A stretch of 64,000 bases of DNA from Eledone cirrhosa. Lineage: Eukaryota. The notes under the pieces were generated by a model. It ran no database searches. It was not told where the DNA came from and saw nothing but the letters and a program-made list of their open reading frames with translations. Below, in pieces: positions 45,308 through 61,507 of the stretch (position 1 is its first letter; the number at the start of each line of letters is the position of its first letter). The position numbers and the translations under genes are program-made. Location of the stretch: NCBI GenBank assembly GCA_964016885.1, contig OZ024746.1, positions 84,878,001-84,942,000 on the forward strand, written 5' to 3'.

Positions 45308-45505
45308 TGTTGTTGTTTAGCCATGGGTCAGTCCTGACTAGGCAGTCCGATGATTAAAGGCGTTCCAGTGATGACTATCCCTTCTTTTCCCACGGCTTTG
45401 CATATTTTAGCCTCTATTATCTACCGTGATCCTCCGTTTTCAAAATGGTACGATGTAATTTGAAGGAGGTTTGACTGCTATTTATAGCAGGATGAACGAC
45501 CACCT
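45308..45505 (+). repeat. Dispersed interspersed repeat
   Basis: gttgtttagcc...gatcaaagg..ttccag...tgtgatttgaaggagatttggctgcta-like sequence is also seen at about 19850-20060 and 10730-10900. Confidence 0.5.
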
Positions 45506-45786
45506 GGTGGTGGTGGAACTGCTGCTGCCTTTGCCGATGACGAGGACGATGACGACGATGACGATGATGATGATGATGATGACGAATGCACTAATAGCAA
45601 TGACGTTGATGATAATGAACATGATGAAGACAGTAGAGAAGAAGAAGAAGAAGAAGAAGAAGAAGAAGAAGAAGAAGAAGAAGAAGAAGAAGAAGAAGAA
45701 GAAGAAGAAGAAGAAGAAGGTGATAACGACGAAGACGACGACGAAGAAGAAGAAGATGATGATGATGATGATGATGGTGATGGTAG

Positions 45787-45847
<61 letters not shown>

Positions 45848-46451
45848 AAATATATTAAAGAACATAAAAAAGAATGATGAAACAATCTAAAGAGGTTAAG
45901 CCACCACACAATGACAACAGTATTATCAGCATTTTCAGGAGCATGCAAAAAAAAAAAAGAAAAAATAATAATAATCCAAAGCAAAACAAAACAAAAAAAA
46001 ACTGAAAGGGGTGTAGAGTAGGTTAGAGGGCTGATTCCGAAGAAAAAGTATGAGGAAGTCTTTTACAAACATTTGTCTTATGAGATTGAGATAAAGTGCC
46101 GCCAGAGGGCGTGCTGGTTTGCTGTAATTCAAAACACAATATCGTTGTAGTTTATTTAAGAAGGCGTTGAAAGAAATTTGGGGTTTCCTGAGAAAGATGC
46201 ATTTTAAATAGAATATTTTCCAGAAACAATTAATGGCTACATAGCGCTCCAACTTCCAAAGGGTTTCTATATATTTTGTTGTTCTCTTTTTTTTTTTCAA
46301 AGTGTACGCACACATATAAAAGATACACGTTCTCACAAATAGAGAATGCCACATGCAGTCGTCTATATTCTTATATATTTTTATAAAGCAGCTCATATAC
46401 ACACATACATACAGATAGCTAACATATACCATACATATGAAAACACACACA

Positions 46452-47645
46452 CATGACTACACTTTTCTATAAGGTACATGACTACACTTTTCTATAAGGT
46501 ACATGACTACACTTTTCTATAAGGTACATGACTACACTTTTCTATAAGGTACATGACTACACTTTTCTATAAGGTACATGACTACTCTTTTCTATAAGGT
46601 ACATGACTACTCTTTTCTATAAGGTACATGACTACACTTTTCTATAAGGTACATGACTACTCTTTTCTATAAGGTACATGACTACTCTTTTCTATAAGGT
46701 ACATGACTACTCTTTTCTATAAGGTACATGACTACACTTTTCTATAAGGTACATGACTACTCTTTTCTATAAGGTACATGACTACACTTTTCTATAAGGT
46801 ACATGACTACTCTTTTCTATAAGGTATATGACTACTCTTTTCTATAAGGTACATGACTACTCTTTTCTATAAGGTACATGACTACTCTTTTCTATAAGGT
46901 ACATGACTACACTTTTCTATAAGGTATATGACTATTCTTTTCTATAAGGTACATGACTACACTTTTCTATAAGGTACATGACTACACTTTTCTATAAGGT
47001 ACATGACTACACTTTTCTATAAGGTACATGACTACTCTTTTCTATAAGGTATATGACTACTCTTTTCTATAAGGTACATGACTACTCTTTTCTATAAGGT
47101 ACATGACTACTCTTTTCTATAAGGTACATGACTACTCTTTTCTATAAGGTATATGACTACTCTTTTCTATAAGGTACATGACTACACTTTTCTATAAGGT
47201 ACATGACTACTCTTTTCTATAAGGTACATGACTACACTTTTCTATAAGGTACATGACTACTCTTTTCTATAAGGTATATGACTACTCTTTTCTATAAGGT
47301 ACATGACTACACTTTTCTATAAGGTACATGACTACTCTTTTCTATAAGGTACATGACTACACTTTTTTATAAGGTACATGACTACTCTTTTCTATAAGGT
47401 ATATGACTACTCTTTTCTATAAGGTACATGACTACACTTTTCTATAAGGTACATGACTACTCTTTTCTATAAGGTACATGACTACACTTTTCTATAAGGT
47501 ACATGACTACTCTTTTCTATAAGGTATATGACTACTCTTTTCTATAAGGTACATGACTACACTTTTCTATAAGGTACATGACTACACTTTTCTATAAGGT
47601 ACATGACTACACTTTTCTATAAGGTACATGATGACACTTTTCTAT
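46452..47645. repeat. 25-bp minisatellite (about 48 units, catgactacWcttttctataaggta)
   Basis: Exact 25-bp period. Confidence 0.97.
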
Positions 47646-47669
47646 TTTAGTCTTCACATTTATTATTAT

Positions 47670-47719
<50 letters not shown>

Positions 47720-47721
<2 letters not shown>

Positions 47722-47852
47722 CGAAGGAAGTGTGGTAAGGAACCAGGTGGACTATAACGCACCAGAGTACTCGATACTATGGGTAGTAGAGTGGGTAGAA
47801 AACAGTCAGGACCCCGACGGATGAGCTCCGGGCATTTCGACAGCTAGTTCAG

Positions 47853-47855
<3 letters not shown>
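47720..47855 (-). mobile_element. Family B element 3' end in (TA)n
   Basis: Homologous to 52417-52541; the minus strand carries a GAAA...GTC-ggggtc hammerhead 3' half. Confidence 0.65.
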
Positions 47856-47920
<65 letters not shown>

Positions 47921-47925
47921 GAAGT

Positions 47926-48178
47926 AATGTTAAGACATGTCATGTTTACATAATTGTATTTATTGCATTATACATACTTCAATGACATGGTAACTACCCA
48001 CGGTGCCGTTGAAATACGTATAATGCAATAAATACAACTATGTAAACATAACATCTCTCTTAACATTAACATTATTTCGGAAATGAAAAGTCCGTTGAGT
48101 TTAATCCACACCACAACGGTGGGTGTATACGACATACGTGAGATGATTTTCCCACAGAAAAACTCTCTAATTATCAAC
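47926..48178 (+). mobile_element. Fold-back element, family D
   Basis: Imperfect arms about 47926-47987/48004-48067; GAAA-tacgta-TA at 48011-48022; flanked by (TA)n. Confidence 0.6.
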
Positions 48179-48231
<53 letters not shown>

Positions 48232-48247
48232 TAAAATAACAGATTAA

Positions 48248-48298
48248 AGTTTAAGCAAAGAATCGCTGCTTTCACCCTTAACGGGATCTTCTGAAACT
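48248..48298 (-). ncRNA. Hammerhead-like motif (core CAGAAGA variant)
   Basis: Minus strand: agttt-CAGAAGA-tccc gttaa gggt-GAAA-gca..tgc-TT^-aaact. Degenerate homologue at 55641-55697 (+). Confidence 0.55.
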
Positions 48299-48621
48299 AA
48301 CAAAGTCAATCTGTAAACGCAGAACTGGATATTTCAAAAAACGTTGCAACCGGAGGAAGACAGGAAGACGATACTTTGGTTCGTGGAAACGTTCGCTGGC
48401 AAAGAACGGGAAAAAACGAATAATACGTCATTAATAGGAGCGGTGAAAAACAATTACGCGCAAAGACATAACCGCGTTTATGGTATAAAAGAGGTCGTTA
48501 TTTTAATAAATATTTGCTCTACGGTTCTTATATATTTGATATATATTTATCCTTATCGAGCCCTCTTTGGATTTTAGTCTTCAAATTTATTATTACTATA
48601 TATATATATATATATATATAT

Positions 48622-48699
<78 letters not shown>

Positions 48700-49230
48700 A
48701 AATGATGGACAATGAAAAAGCATAATGTTTGATGTTAAATATACTAATATATTTCCACACTCACTCTGCTAGTCAGAATAGAAAACATCGTGATGGACAT
48801 GAACACTTCTGGAGTAGATCAATTATGAGAAGCATTTTAAATGGTATCGATGTACAGTGACTATTTAATGTAGTGTGTTGGTATATAGCTAATAGACACA
48901 TTAACAGTGAATTTAATGAAAACACAAACATGCCTTCCTGGTTGAAATGTTATAAGTGGTACATAAAATTTTAAAAGTATGACGATTGAAGAAATACTTT
49001 GATTATCTGCCCGGTAATGTGTCCGTGAGCAGGTTGATACCAGTCTAGATTTATGAGCTGTAGAATAAATAAATAGTTACTAGGAATCAATGATAACTGA
49101 AAAGATACATAGTCATACATACATACAAACATACTTACACACATGTATGTATATATATCTATCTTTTCTTTCAGTTTTGCACACACACACACACACACAT
49201 ATATATATGCAGGTGTGTACAAAGGTGTGT

Positions 49231-49275
<45 letters not shown>

Positions 49276-49409
49276 CATTAATTGCATGTAATTAAATAGC
49301 TCTGTACAGTACATAGAGCACTCTTCTTTCCTTTACCTTTTCTACAGAAATGCTTAACACACACGCACACACACACACACTCACACACACACACACACAC
49401 ACACGCACG

Positions 49410-49440
<31 letters not shown>

Positions 49441-49441
49441 G

Positions 49442-49599
<158 letters not shown>

Positions 49600-49854
49600 C
49601 GAGAATAAGTAAAGAATTATACGCACTTTCACCATAACATATCTTTGGAGTATGGAATGGAAACATCCTAGTGCACAATGCTAGGAGAGCGGCCATGTTT
49701 ACATTTTAACAGCAATGAGAAAACTGGCGCGATCAAGCTCAAACTTCGGTCACATGACCACAACAGTACTAACAATAAGCACGCATAAGCAGAAGGCAGT
49801 GTGAGAAACTAAGATATAATATGACAAAAGTGCCGATAATTTTTAACTTACCCT

Positions 49855-49889
<35 letters not shown>

Positions 49890-50111
49890 TTATGTATATA
49901 GATGTGAGAAAAACCACAGACCCTCCATCTCAACTCTACTTTTGAAAAACAGAAGAACTGCGAAACCGGTAAAGGAACCAAATAAATATATATATATATA
50001 TTTAAATAAGACTCCAGTTGCATTTTCGATTTCATCTTTTTTTCTTTATACTTTCACTCGTGTAGGACACCTCGGTTACTTTTCATTTTGTAAAAAAAAC
50101 CCTCACTTTCT

Positions 50112-50142
<31 letters not shown>

Positions 50143-50281
50143 GCACAAGAGTGTGAATGCAATTTATAATTGAATCGAGTTTGAATTGATTCCATGAGAT
50201 ATTTACTTAGCAAATATATGGATAGTCCGAAATAACTGTAGAGAATTTATATATGCTGCATTCCAATATACATATACATAA

Positions 50282-50520
50282 GTATAATGTTAAGTGACAG
50301 AAGCGAGAAAAAACGTTAATAGATTTTGAGTTTGAATGTTAATAAAGGCGTATCATTCCATGTAGAGAACATTGAGAAAACTATGAATCAAGAAACTCTT
50401 CCGTCTATTGTCGAAAGGCGAAGAATGAAGTGGTTTGATTAAGGAACACAATACTACGAGACACTACATCTAACGAATATAAGCAAGCATGGACAAATTA
50501 TGAGTAAATGAGATCCCGCA
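50282..50520 (+). pseudogene. Degenerate RTE-clade LINE C-terminal relic
   Basis: Manual translation RLIDFEFEC..RR and QETLPSIVERRRMKWF resembles RTE AFEMKCYRR / QE.LL..VKRRKL.WFGH. Confidence 0.5.
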
Positions 50521-50549
50521 ATATGAAAAGAGCAGAAAGAGCAACGTGA

Positions 50550-50654
50550 ATAAAATTTCTTGCTCAAGAACATAACGCTTCACCCGGTCAAGAAATCGAA
50601 CTCATAACCTCACGAGAGCGAAGCCAGTTCTCTAACGACTAATCCACGTGCCTT
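50550..50654 (-). mobile_element. tRNA-derived SINE head, different family
   Basis: Minus strand aggcacgtggattagtcgttagag...gagttcgatttc has A/B-box-like motifs. Confidence 0.55.
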
Positions 50655-51116
50655 ATTTAATAAACACATGCTAAATGCGCATTTTCTAATAACAAATATC
50701 TATTGTTTAGTACTTATTTATTTATTGCAAATCACAATAAACATAGTTTAGCATAGAGCCGCTATACTCCTGGACTTCCTGGCAACTTTTCCTATGTTAA
50801 GTCGACCCTGAGAATAACACCAAGGAATGGTCATGGAAGAATTCGATGTTAAATGTGAGATGAGCTGATGCACCTAAACAATGTTGGGCTAGTTTGCCTC
50901 AGTTTCAGCCATCTTAGGCTTACGATTTCTATTTACTTGTTTGTACCTATATACACACTCATATACATACGTTTAAAATAATTGAGTCTCCACTGTGTCG
51001 TTATTCGAAGATGTATCGGATGAAAACCTGAGCATTGAATAAATGAAATTAAATAAACTACAATGCCTATATTGAAGACATTTCTTCCTCTCGTCTCTGC
51101 ATATTCAAACGTCTTT

Positions 51117-51197
<81 letters not shown>

Positions 51198-51313
51198 CTC
51201 CTCTGTACATTCAAACGTCTCTCTCTTTTCCTATTTTTAGGTTGCTTGACTGTGAATATATCCCTAGGGAAAGATGCTTCTGAAGTGTTCTTTTTAGAGT
51301 ACTTCAGTGATTT

Positions 51314-51414
<101 letters not shown>

Positions 51415-51818
51415 AAAGAGAGAGAGAGATACATTGCATATGTACACCTGCATATATATATATATATGTGTGTGAGTGTGTGTATGTGTGTGCGTGTGTA
51501 TGAGTATACGTATATGTGTGCGTGAGTATGTGTGTGTAGAGGGGTGAGAGCGAAAGAGTGTGTATGCTTTAGAAAGGTAAGCAAATAGTATCCTCCGTAA
51601 CTACATGTTCCTGCACGTGTCATCAGTCGCCATCTGTGTACAGGTGTGGGAATATCTCTATAATATATGACACATTCTTTGAAATATCATGAATTTCGTC
51701 TCTACCGTATGTTTGATCTCAGGCTACACACATGCACACACTTATATAAGTAACACATGTATATGTATGAATTCCTTTGTTATGTAACTAAAACAAGCAC
51801 TATTCAATAATATTTGTA

Positions 51819-51883
<65 letters not shown>

Positions 51884-51963
51884 ATTTTTTTACCTGTACA
51901 GGCAATATTTATTAGAATTCTGTTGAAGTGTGTATACATTTTTGGGACAACCTGTATGTATAT

Positions 51964-51998
<35 letters not shown>

Positions 51999-52033
51999 CG
52001 CAAGTTGCTGACTCCGTTGCTTCATTTTGATAT

Positions 52034-52179
<146 letters not shown>

Positions 52180-52366
52180 AAGTTTTAATATAGATGAGAT
52201 TCTACAGGACTAGAACTGTTTCATTCTTTAGAAATCATCAGGATGATTTCTAAAGAATGAAACAGTTCTAGTCCTGTAGAATCTCATCTATATTAAAACT
52301 TTTATACTCTGCAATGTATTGAGTACCTTACTTACTATGGTTACCTCCGATTCAACCCGGAATAAC

Positions 52367-52370
<4 letters not shown>
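52180..52370 (+). mobile_element. Fold-back element, family A (second copy)
   Basis: Perfect 60-bp arms 52180-52239/52242-52301; the tail matches 19201-19270 in reverse. Confidence 0.8.
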
Positions 52371-52416
<46 letters not shown>

Positions 52417-52417
<1 letters not shown>

Positions 52418-52592
52418 CGGAGGAAATGTGGTAAGGAACCAGGTGGACCATAACGCACCAAAGTACTCAATACTTGAGGTAGTAGAGTGGGTAATAGGAA
52501 CCAGTAAGACCCCGACAGCTGAGCTCAAGCCGTTTCGACGGAGAATTAGCCGTCGAAACGGCTTGAGCTCAGCTGTCGGGGTCTTACTGGTT

Positions 52593-52597
<5 letters not shown>
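52417..52597 (-). mobile_element. Fold-back element, family B
   Basis: Perfect 48-bp arms 52494-52541/52550-52597. Each arm has GAAA-cggc..gctg-TC-ggggtc (hammerhead 3' half). Confidence 0.75.
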
Positions 52598-52652
<55 letters not shown>

Positions 52653-52658
<6 letters not shown>

Positions 52659-53232
52659 AGGACCGTTAGGTGTTTAACCTCTCCAGAGTGTGTAGCCGCA
52701 GTCACCACAATTGGCCAATTGCAGGTTCGGGAGGCAACTTAACCCATATTTGTGATAGATAGCTGTTGTCTCTGTGGAGTTCATCCAGCCTTTGAAAGTT
52801 CTTGATTTGGTGCTGTTGGGTTTCTAGGTACTCTTCTCACCAGACCAGGGTCTAGTGGAGGAGACGGTTCAGTCACCAACCACCCGACCATATCTGCGGG
52901 GATGGAGTAGATGGTAAGTGTGCTGCATAAGCAAATAACATAGCCATCTTTATGTGCAGATATGTCTTCACAAGTCCCACGGCGGTGGAGGAGGGGCGAC
53001 GTGTGCAGACTCGACCAGCAGGACATAGTCACAAATCTACACGTGGGCGGCTCCAGTCTTATCCTAACGTTACTGCACTGTTAACCTGTACAGCAATATG
53101 CATGGGCGGAGACTTGAGTGTCTGAGCAGCCCTTTTGGGGGGACACACACTGCTCAAACATGTCACATGGGAAGAGACAAACTGAAAAGGGAATTCGTTG
53201 AAGAGATGACCCTCTTCTGTAAAGAAGTGACA
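52653..53232. mobile_element. Possible solo LTR
   Basis: GC-richer unique block beginning tatcac (TGTCAC-like) and ending gtgaca; no TSD resolvable in the TA context. Confidence 0.25.
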
Positions 53233-53261
53233 GTTATCATATATACATATATATATATATA

Positions 53262-53321
<60 letters not shown>

Positions 53322-53375
53322 AAAGAGAGTGTGTGTGTGGTGTGTATGTATATATCATATATATATATATAAATG

Positions 53376-53422
<47 letters not shown>

Positions 53423-53701
53423 CTAGTCATCTTTCTCCATATGTTTATATATATATATATATATATAAACATATGGAGAGAGATTGATAGACTGGTATGT
53501 TTATATATATATATGTATATATATATGTGTGTGTGTGTGTGTGTATGTGTGTGTGTGTATGAGTATATGTGTATGTGTATGATGGTTAGATAATCAGATA
53601 AATGCATGTGCATATGCATATATATGGGAAGATATATGTGTACATACATAGACACAAACACACACAAACAAATATATATATTTAGCGAGAGAGAAGAAGA
53701 G

Positions 53702-53752
<51 letters not shown>

Positions 53753-53885
53753 GTTTAAGATCACACACATACAGATACAGGCACAAACACAAACGCAATG
53801 CTGCAAGCAGAAACGATAGGAGAGATGAACAAATACAACACAAGCTAAGGTTTGATATAGCAGGATTCCTTCACTATCATCATTA

Positions 53886-54060
53886 TAATTGATTCTACTT
53901 TAGGCACAAGGCCAGCAATAACGCAGTGCATTACTGGTACTTTATTTTATCGACCCCGTAAGGATGAAAGGCGCGGGATTTGAACTCAGATCATAAAGGG
54001 GCGTAACTCTGTGCTGCAAAGCATAGCGTCCGACCCTCTACCGATACTGCCAATCCAACA
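53886..54060 (-). mobile_element. tRNA-derived SINE with TSD
   Basis: TSD catcattataat at 53878-53889 and 54063-54074. Confidence 0.9.
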
Positions 54061-54448
54061 CCCATCATTATAATGATGATAGTGAAGATACATAGGTAGT
54101 TTGAAGAGAGGTGGAGATAGAAAGATATAATGTGAGGGAAAGAGATGAGGAAAGGGGAAAAACGAGTGAGGGAGAGGATGGGGGAGAGTTACATTGATAG
54201 TAAAAGAGAGCGATAGAGAGCGAATCGCAGAAATATTGAAATATGATGTGGTAGAGAAGAAAGGTGAAATATATAAAAAGATAGAGAGATAGAGGAAGGG
54301 GCGATGAGTCAGCAAGAGAAATATAAATAGAGAGAGAGAGGAGGGAAGACAGATAATAAATGATCAATATAGAAGTAAAAATAGCATGAGAAAATAGAAA
54401 CGGAGACAGAGAGAGAGATAGAGAGAGTGAGTGAGAGAGAGTGAGAAA

Positions 54449-54489
<41 letters not shown>

Positions 54490-54599
54490 TAAGTTAGGGG
54501 GAAGGGAGGGACACACACAAACACAAACACTTGTGTGCACACTCACACATGAATGGAGAAACAGATATAGATGAAGAGATATAGAGACAGGAAGAGACA

Positions 54600-54649
<50 letters not shown>

Positions 54650-54880
54650 GAGTGAGTGAGAGAGAGAGAGAGAGAGAGTGAGAGAGAGAGCGAGAGCTAG
54701 TAAGAGAGAGGGAGGGAGAGAGAGAGACAGTTAGAGAGAGAGAGAGAATCAAAGTGGAAGACACATGAGATAAATAACAGAATTTATGCAAATGCCAGTA
54801 TTGGCTGCTAATGTATGACAAAATACCTTAAATTGTCGGTAAATTCTGCACTGCTTAATGATACATACATACGTACATAT

Positions 54881-54913
<33 letters not shown>

Positions 54914-55033
54914 CATACATACACACACACACACATATATACTTTGATTACCTGTACAAGCAATATTTATTAGAATGCACAGCCCATGTGTATACATATT
55001 TTGGGGACAACCTGTATATATATATATATATAT

Positions 55034-55112
<79 letters not shown>

Positions 55113-55122
55113 TAGACAGACG

Positions 55123-55185
<63 letters not shown>

Positions 55186-55730
55186 TCGTAGATACGGTAT
55201 TCATTGTGCAACTAATGGTTTCATGAGCAGACAATGACCACAGAAAGGTAATCTATGGATGTCAGTCACTTCTACTAAATGTACATCCTATGCACATTCG
55301 ACTGAAGTTATGACTAACATTCATTGCTTGTCTCATGAAACTATTGAATTAGAATGGAATATCGTGTGTACGATTCATAATAAATAAAATAGAGTGATCT
55401 TTCTTCTAGCTGATATTTTTGCTACACGCACATGCACACACGCAGATAGTGGAAAGTTTTAGAAAATATGAAAATTGAAATGTGCGCATCCCAATGTAAA
55501 TGAACATACTAATAGTTGAACTAGTGCGTTCACCACTACTTTATCCATTTCTAACTACAGGCTTAAAATCCTTTAAAAAGATGTTAGTGGTGTCAATCAT
55601 AAATATATAGTAATGATAATAAATGTGTTGACTAAAATCCAAAGAAGGCTCGTTTAGGGTGAAAGCAACGATTCTTTGCTTAAACTTTAATCTGTTATAT
55701 ATATATATATATATATACATATATATAAGT

Positions 55731-55887
55731 TTATCCTGGGTTCAATCGGGGGTAACCACAGTAAGTAAGGTACTCAATACAAAGCAAAGTATAAATATTT
55801 AATATAGACTAGAACTGTTTCATTCGAGAGCTTCCTGGTGATTTCTCCCGAATGAAACAGTTCTAGTCCTGTAGAAGCTTTTCTATA
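55731..55887 (-). mobile_element. Family A subfamily fold-back element with hammerhead variant on + strand (55829-55879)
   Basis: agcttc-CTGGTGA-tTTC tccc GAAt-GAAA-CAG ttctagtc CTG-TA-gaagct; tail homologous to 19201. Confidence 0.7.
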
Positions 55888-56353
55888 CTAAATATATATA
55901 TATTGAATGAATAAGTATTGGTATCGACATGGTCGACCAAATCCCCTAAAAATGTTGCCCCAGTATGATCGGTGTCTAATGAATGGAACAAGTAAAAGAT
56001 TACCCCCCCCCCCCACACACACACACATCACATCACATACATTTTTATATAGCGTTTCTTTTGACCATAAGAACATAACGCAAGGTTGACTAATGCCATG
56101 TGAGTGAAATTTGGGTGACAGAAACTATAGAAGCCCGCTGTATATATATATATATAATCACATATTTTTTTTATTTGGTTGACCCGAATTACTTGGTCGT
56201 TTCTATGGTTGCGCGGATGACGGTTTAACCATCGTCTCAGTGTGTTTGGCCTTTAACGTATGTTGTAGCTCTGGTTCGTCAGAATTATTGAGCGCTTGCC
56301 ACACATCTCGGAAGTTGTTTTTCGCTAATTCCAAAGCCAAAATACGATTCTCA

Positions 56354-56416
<63 letters not shown>

Positions 56417-56880
56417 AGGTGGGGATACATCCCGTAACTCACCGACAAGAAAAAGATCAATCAAATAGGTACTAGAGTTGATGTGAACGACGAAATCAAG
56501 GCGATGCACCAGTATGGCTGCAGCCTTCTTACTGAAATAAGTAAAAGAAAAGAAAAAAATATTCTCATATTTAATTGCTCCAATACCTTAACCAGCCATT
56601 TACCACCCACTGGCTGACAAATTAATTATGTTCATCTTCATTCTCTATGCCCAAACAAATTTAAACCACATTACCTAAAAATACAGTACCCACCTAAATA
56701 AAAACAACAACCACACTACAAATCCTTCCCAACCTAGTAAATCAAACTCTTTTCTGATAAGTACAAACTCCATATCTCAAAATTTCACAGTCGATCGAAT
56801 TCTGCCCGGGATGCGACTAGTCAATTAGTCAGTGTGAAGCATTAAATCTTCCTTCTAATATTTGCAATATTATACGTCAG

Positions 56881-57072
<192 letters not shown>

Positions 57073-57078
57073 TATATG

Positions 57079-57126
<48 letters not shown>

Positions 57127-57269
57127 AACGTTCTAACACAATCAGATTAGATTTCTGTCAAGAAAATTTCTTAGTGGTTCTCCAGCATAAACGCAAACCA
57201 ATAAATATTTAACGATTCACCTAGTTAATATAGTGATTGAGTTACAAGACATAAGAAAGTATGTACGAA

Positions 57270-57400
57270 ATACAAACCGAATTAGAAGAATTAAAACGAA
57301 AAGAATTCCAACCTGGTTCAATCCGCCGTTCAACTTAGCTGCCAACTGCAACATAAGTATTTAAAAAGTGTTTAAAATCTCAGACACCATGACACTTAAA
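57270..57400 (+). pseudogene. Penelope-like element ORF relic (RT-to-endonuclease linker)
   Basis: Manual translation RIKTKRIPTWFNPPFNL...NI (WFNPPF at 57314-57331) matches the RR.I.WFNPP(Y/F) motif of PLE ORFs. Confidence 0.5.
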
Positions 57401-57759
57401 TTCCAATCAGTCCAGATTTATTTCGCTTATGCTTCAATAATATAATTATTCTAATACCAAGCAACGTTCAATAAGAAAAGGATGTTATCTTATGTTAGTC
57501 TCACTACTACACTTTTCAAATTTAAATATTATCATCACAATAACACTTTCTGAAACCTGATTAGAAAAATGTTATGGTGTTACCGTAATTCACAAGAATA
57601 TACTCACATAGATATCCATCACTATTCTAGTATTCAACCACCAAATCTAGTAATCACCAAATCTCCCCAAATAAATTAATATTTACTATATCTATGTACC
57701 GTCCATTTTCTGTATACTTAATTCGTATGCTTATAAATTTATATCTCACTATCTGTATG

Positions 57760-57848
<89 letters not shown>

Positions 57849-57907
57849 CATATATATGTATATATATATATATATCTATATAAATACATACATATATATA
57901 TATATAA

Positions 57908-57938
<31 letters not shown>

Positions 57939-57942
57939 TTTC

Positions 57943-57993
<51 letters not shown>

Positions 57994-58072
57994 TTAACAG
58001 CAGAGGTTATAGCTACTTAATCGTATTTATTGCATAATACGTTTTCAGTGACACCAGTGTACATCCCTTATG

Positions 58073-58151
<79 letters not shown>

Positions 58152-58530
58152 GTAAGCAATACCTTATACTTAATTCTTATTCGATCTCTAAAAGTACTTA
58201 TTATAGGCTTGCATATTTCCTTTCACATGCACTATTATTTTAGACAACACATTTAATACATTAGTAATACGTAGCTATCTAATATTATGTTAGATTCCCT
58301 GTAAATTACCACGTGATCGCAACTATATATTTTTGATAATTTGTTTTTTTTCTAAATCTTAGTAAACACTTACACGTAATCGTTAACCAAGTTCCCCAGT
58401 ATATGGCATCTGATTGTAATCTTAATAGTACTCATATTAATACTGCATTGAAAGCTCTAGCTAATATCCTCCCTTCACATATATACACACAGACACACAA
58501 GCATACACACGTACACACATGCACAAACAT

Positions 58531-58604
<74 letters not shown>

Positions 58605-58691
58605 CACACACATTCCTTTTCTACTATAACGCCATTTCTTTACATCATTCATGTGCCACTTCTTCCAACTACAACATATAATATTACACAG

Positions 58692-58736
<45 letters not shown>

Positions 58737-59399
58737 ATGTTTTGTTTCCTATATATATATAATGTTTTGGTTATATATGAAACCTTCCAAGAGTAATGTA
58801 AATGCTATACATCTATCAATCACATCTGTAGTTAAATAATTTTAATGTTATTCTTAATTCACATTATTTTAATGCATATGACATTATATTTATCACTTTT
58901 ACTCTCAAATTTGTCTTCAAATTTACATTTACTACTTCATTAGACGTATTTCTCTAGATATTCCAACTGGTTATTATTGATTTTTCCCCCTTTCTATATA
59001 CCCTCACATAGGTCATACATTTGGAATTTGTATAAAATATCATTGTTATGATAATGCCTCATGTCATAATTTAAATGACTATTTAACAATGCACACATAG
59101 ACAGTGGAAATTGAACCAAACTTAGTAGCAAAAAATTGTTTAATTTGGTCAATACAGATTACTACAAACCACAATGATTATTCTTTTGTTGCGAAATATA
59201 TGCCACCGTTACTTAAATATACTGTTATCTATAATTGCTCAAGAAGCACACTATCAACACGTCATAATTCGAACGTTTTTATCAATGACTAGATATAAAT
59301 AATATCACCCCGAGTAACCATTGTTTTACCCTGATAAACATCTGGCGAAACAAAATGCTTCTTTAATACGTTTAATATCATTAGAGTTATGTCCCTTAC

Positions 59400-59760
59400 T
59401 TGACTATTTAATTTAATTGTATTTAAATTTCTCGTTCCATAAAGAAGCTTTTTTATATATTTCGAATGCATTTTTTTGCATGTCAAAACATTTAACGTTT
59501 TCCCTTCTCACTGTGTTCGAGTAAACTCTATTTCTAGCATACCCATCAATGTCTGAGTTTTTATGTATACGTATTTTTTTATATCTCTTCTCACTACTCC
59601 TATAACGTACACATGAAACGCTAAAGTTTGAGGAAGTAATAAATAATTTAGCTTTCAGCAAAATAGTTTAAAAACCCTATATAAAATATACTTCGTTATA
59701 AACTGGCTTTGAATTCTTTTTACAAATCTATTGCTATTTTTTCTAACAAACCAAAAACGT
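59400..59760 (-). pseudogene. Possible highly degenerate GIY-YIG (Penelope-like) relic
   Basis: Across frames: TKYILYRV...VYVIGV...RIHKNS...HSKYIKKL. Weak resemblance only. Confidence 0.25.
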
Positions 59761-59807
59761 TCATATATGTAAATGCATACATGCACAAATATGCACACAC
59801 GTACGCC

Positions 59808-59865
<58 letters not shown>

Positions 59866-59930
59866 GATGTTATTCGCTGTCTTTCCGATGAGTTGAAATG
59901 TACTCTAAGTAGTTCTATGATTCTTTTATC

Positions 59931-60014
<84 letters not shown>

Positions 60015-60087
60015 TAATATATATATATATATATATATATATACTAATATATATATATATATATATACTAATATATATATATATATA

Positions 60088-60341
<254 letters not shown>

Positions 60342-60752
60342 ATCACGCTTGTGCTCACATCTACGGACTCATACACACATAAACACACATACACGCATGC
60401 ACAAATACACACAAACACACATGCGCACACATACAAATATATACATTGCCGACGTTATGTAGAACGTAAATCTGGTGAATATAGAAAAAAATTGCTACAT
60501 ATTAATATTATTGATCGTCACAGGAAACAATAGACACCTTACACTATAGAGGAAGCAGGTTAAATCGATGCATTGGAAACAATATATTGGTTGATGTCTG
60601 ATACCGAATGAAGAGTGACACGTTGATGGTCATTGCTATATTGACATACATATGCACATATACACACAGACACAGACACAGAGTCACAGTCACAGACACA
60701 CACACACACACACACAAATATTTTTTTAGTTGCATTTTCGATTCCATCTATT

Positions 60753-61073
<321 letters not shown>

Positions 61074-61090
61074 ATATATACATATATATA

Positions 61091-61126
<36 letters not shown>

Positions 61127-61507
61127 GTTCGATTCCCGGACCGGGCGACACTTTATTTCACGTTGCTCCTTCTACCTGGATTTGCGACCGATTGATAGTA
61201 ATAGCAATTGGAAAGACCAATGGAAACATTGTTTCCTCGGTCCGATTTAACGAAAGTCGATCGACTTTATATATGTATTTAAGCAAATAATAAAATAATA
61301 TATATATAAGTATTTAACCAAAAAGCCATCAGTTTTTGCGGGGCAGTAGAAAATCGATTATATCGACTCAGTACTCGACTGGAACTTTATTTCATCTATC
61401 ACGAAAAAATGAAGTGGTTGATAATAATAAAATTTAAAATTAAAGCGCTCCAAGAGTAATTTACTCGACTTATTCGACTATTTTATAGTTAATATATGAA
61501 TTGTGAC

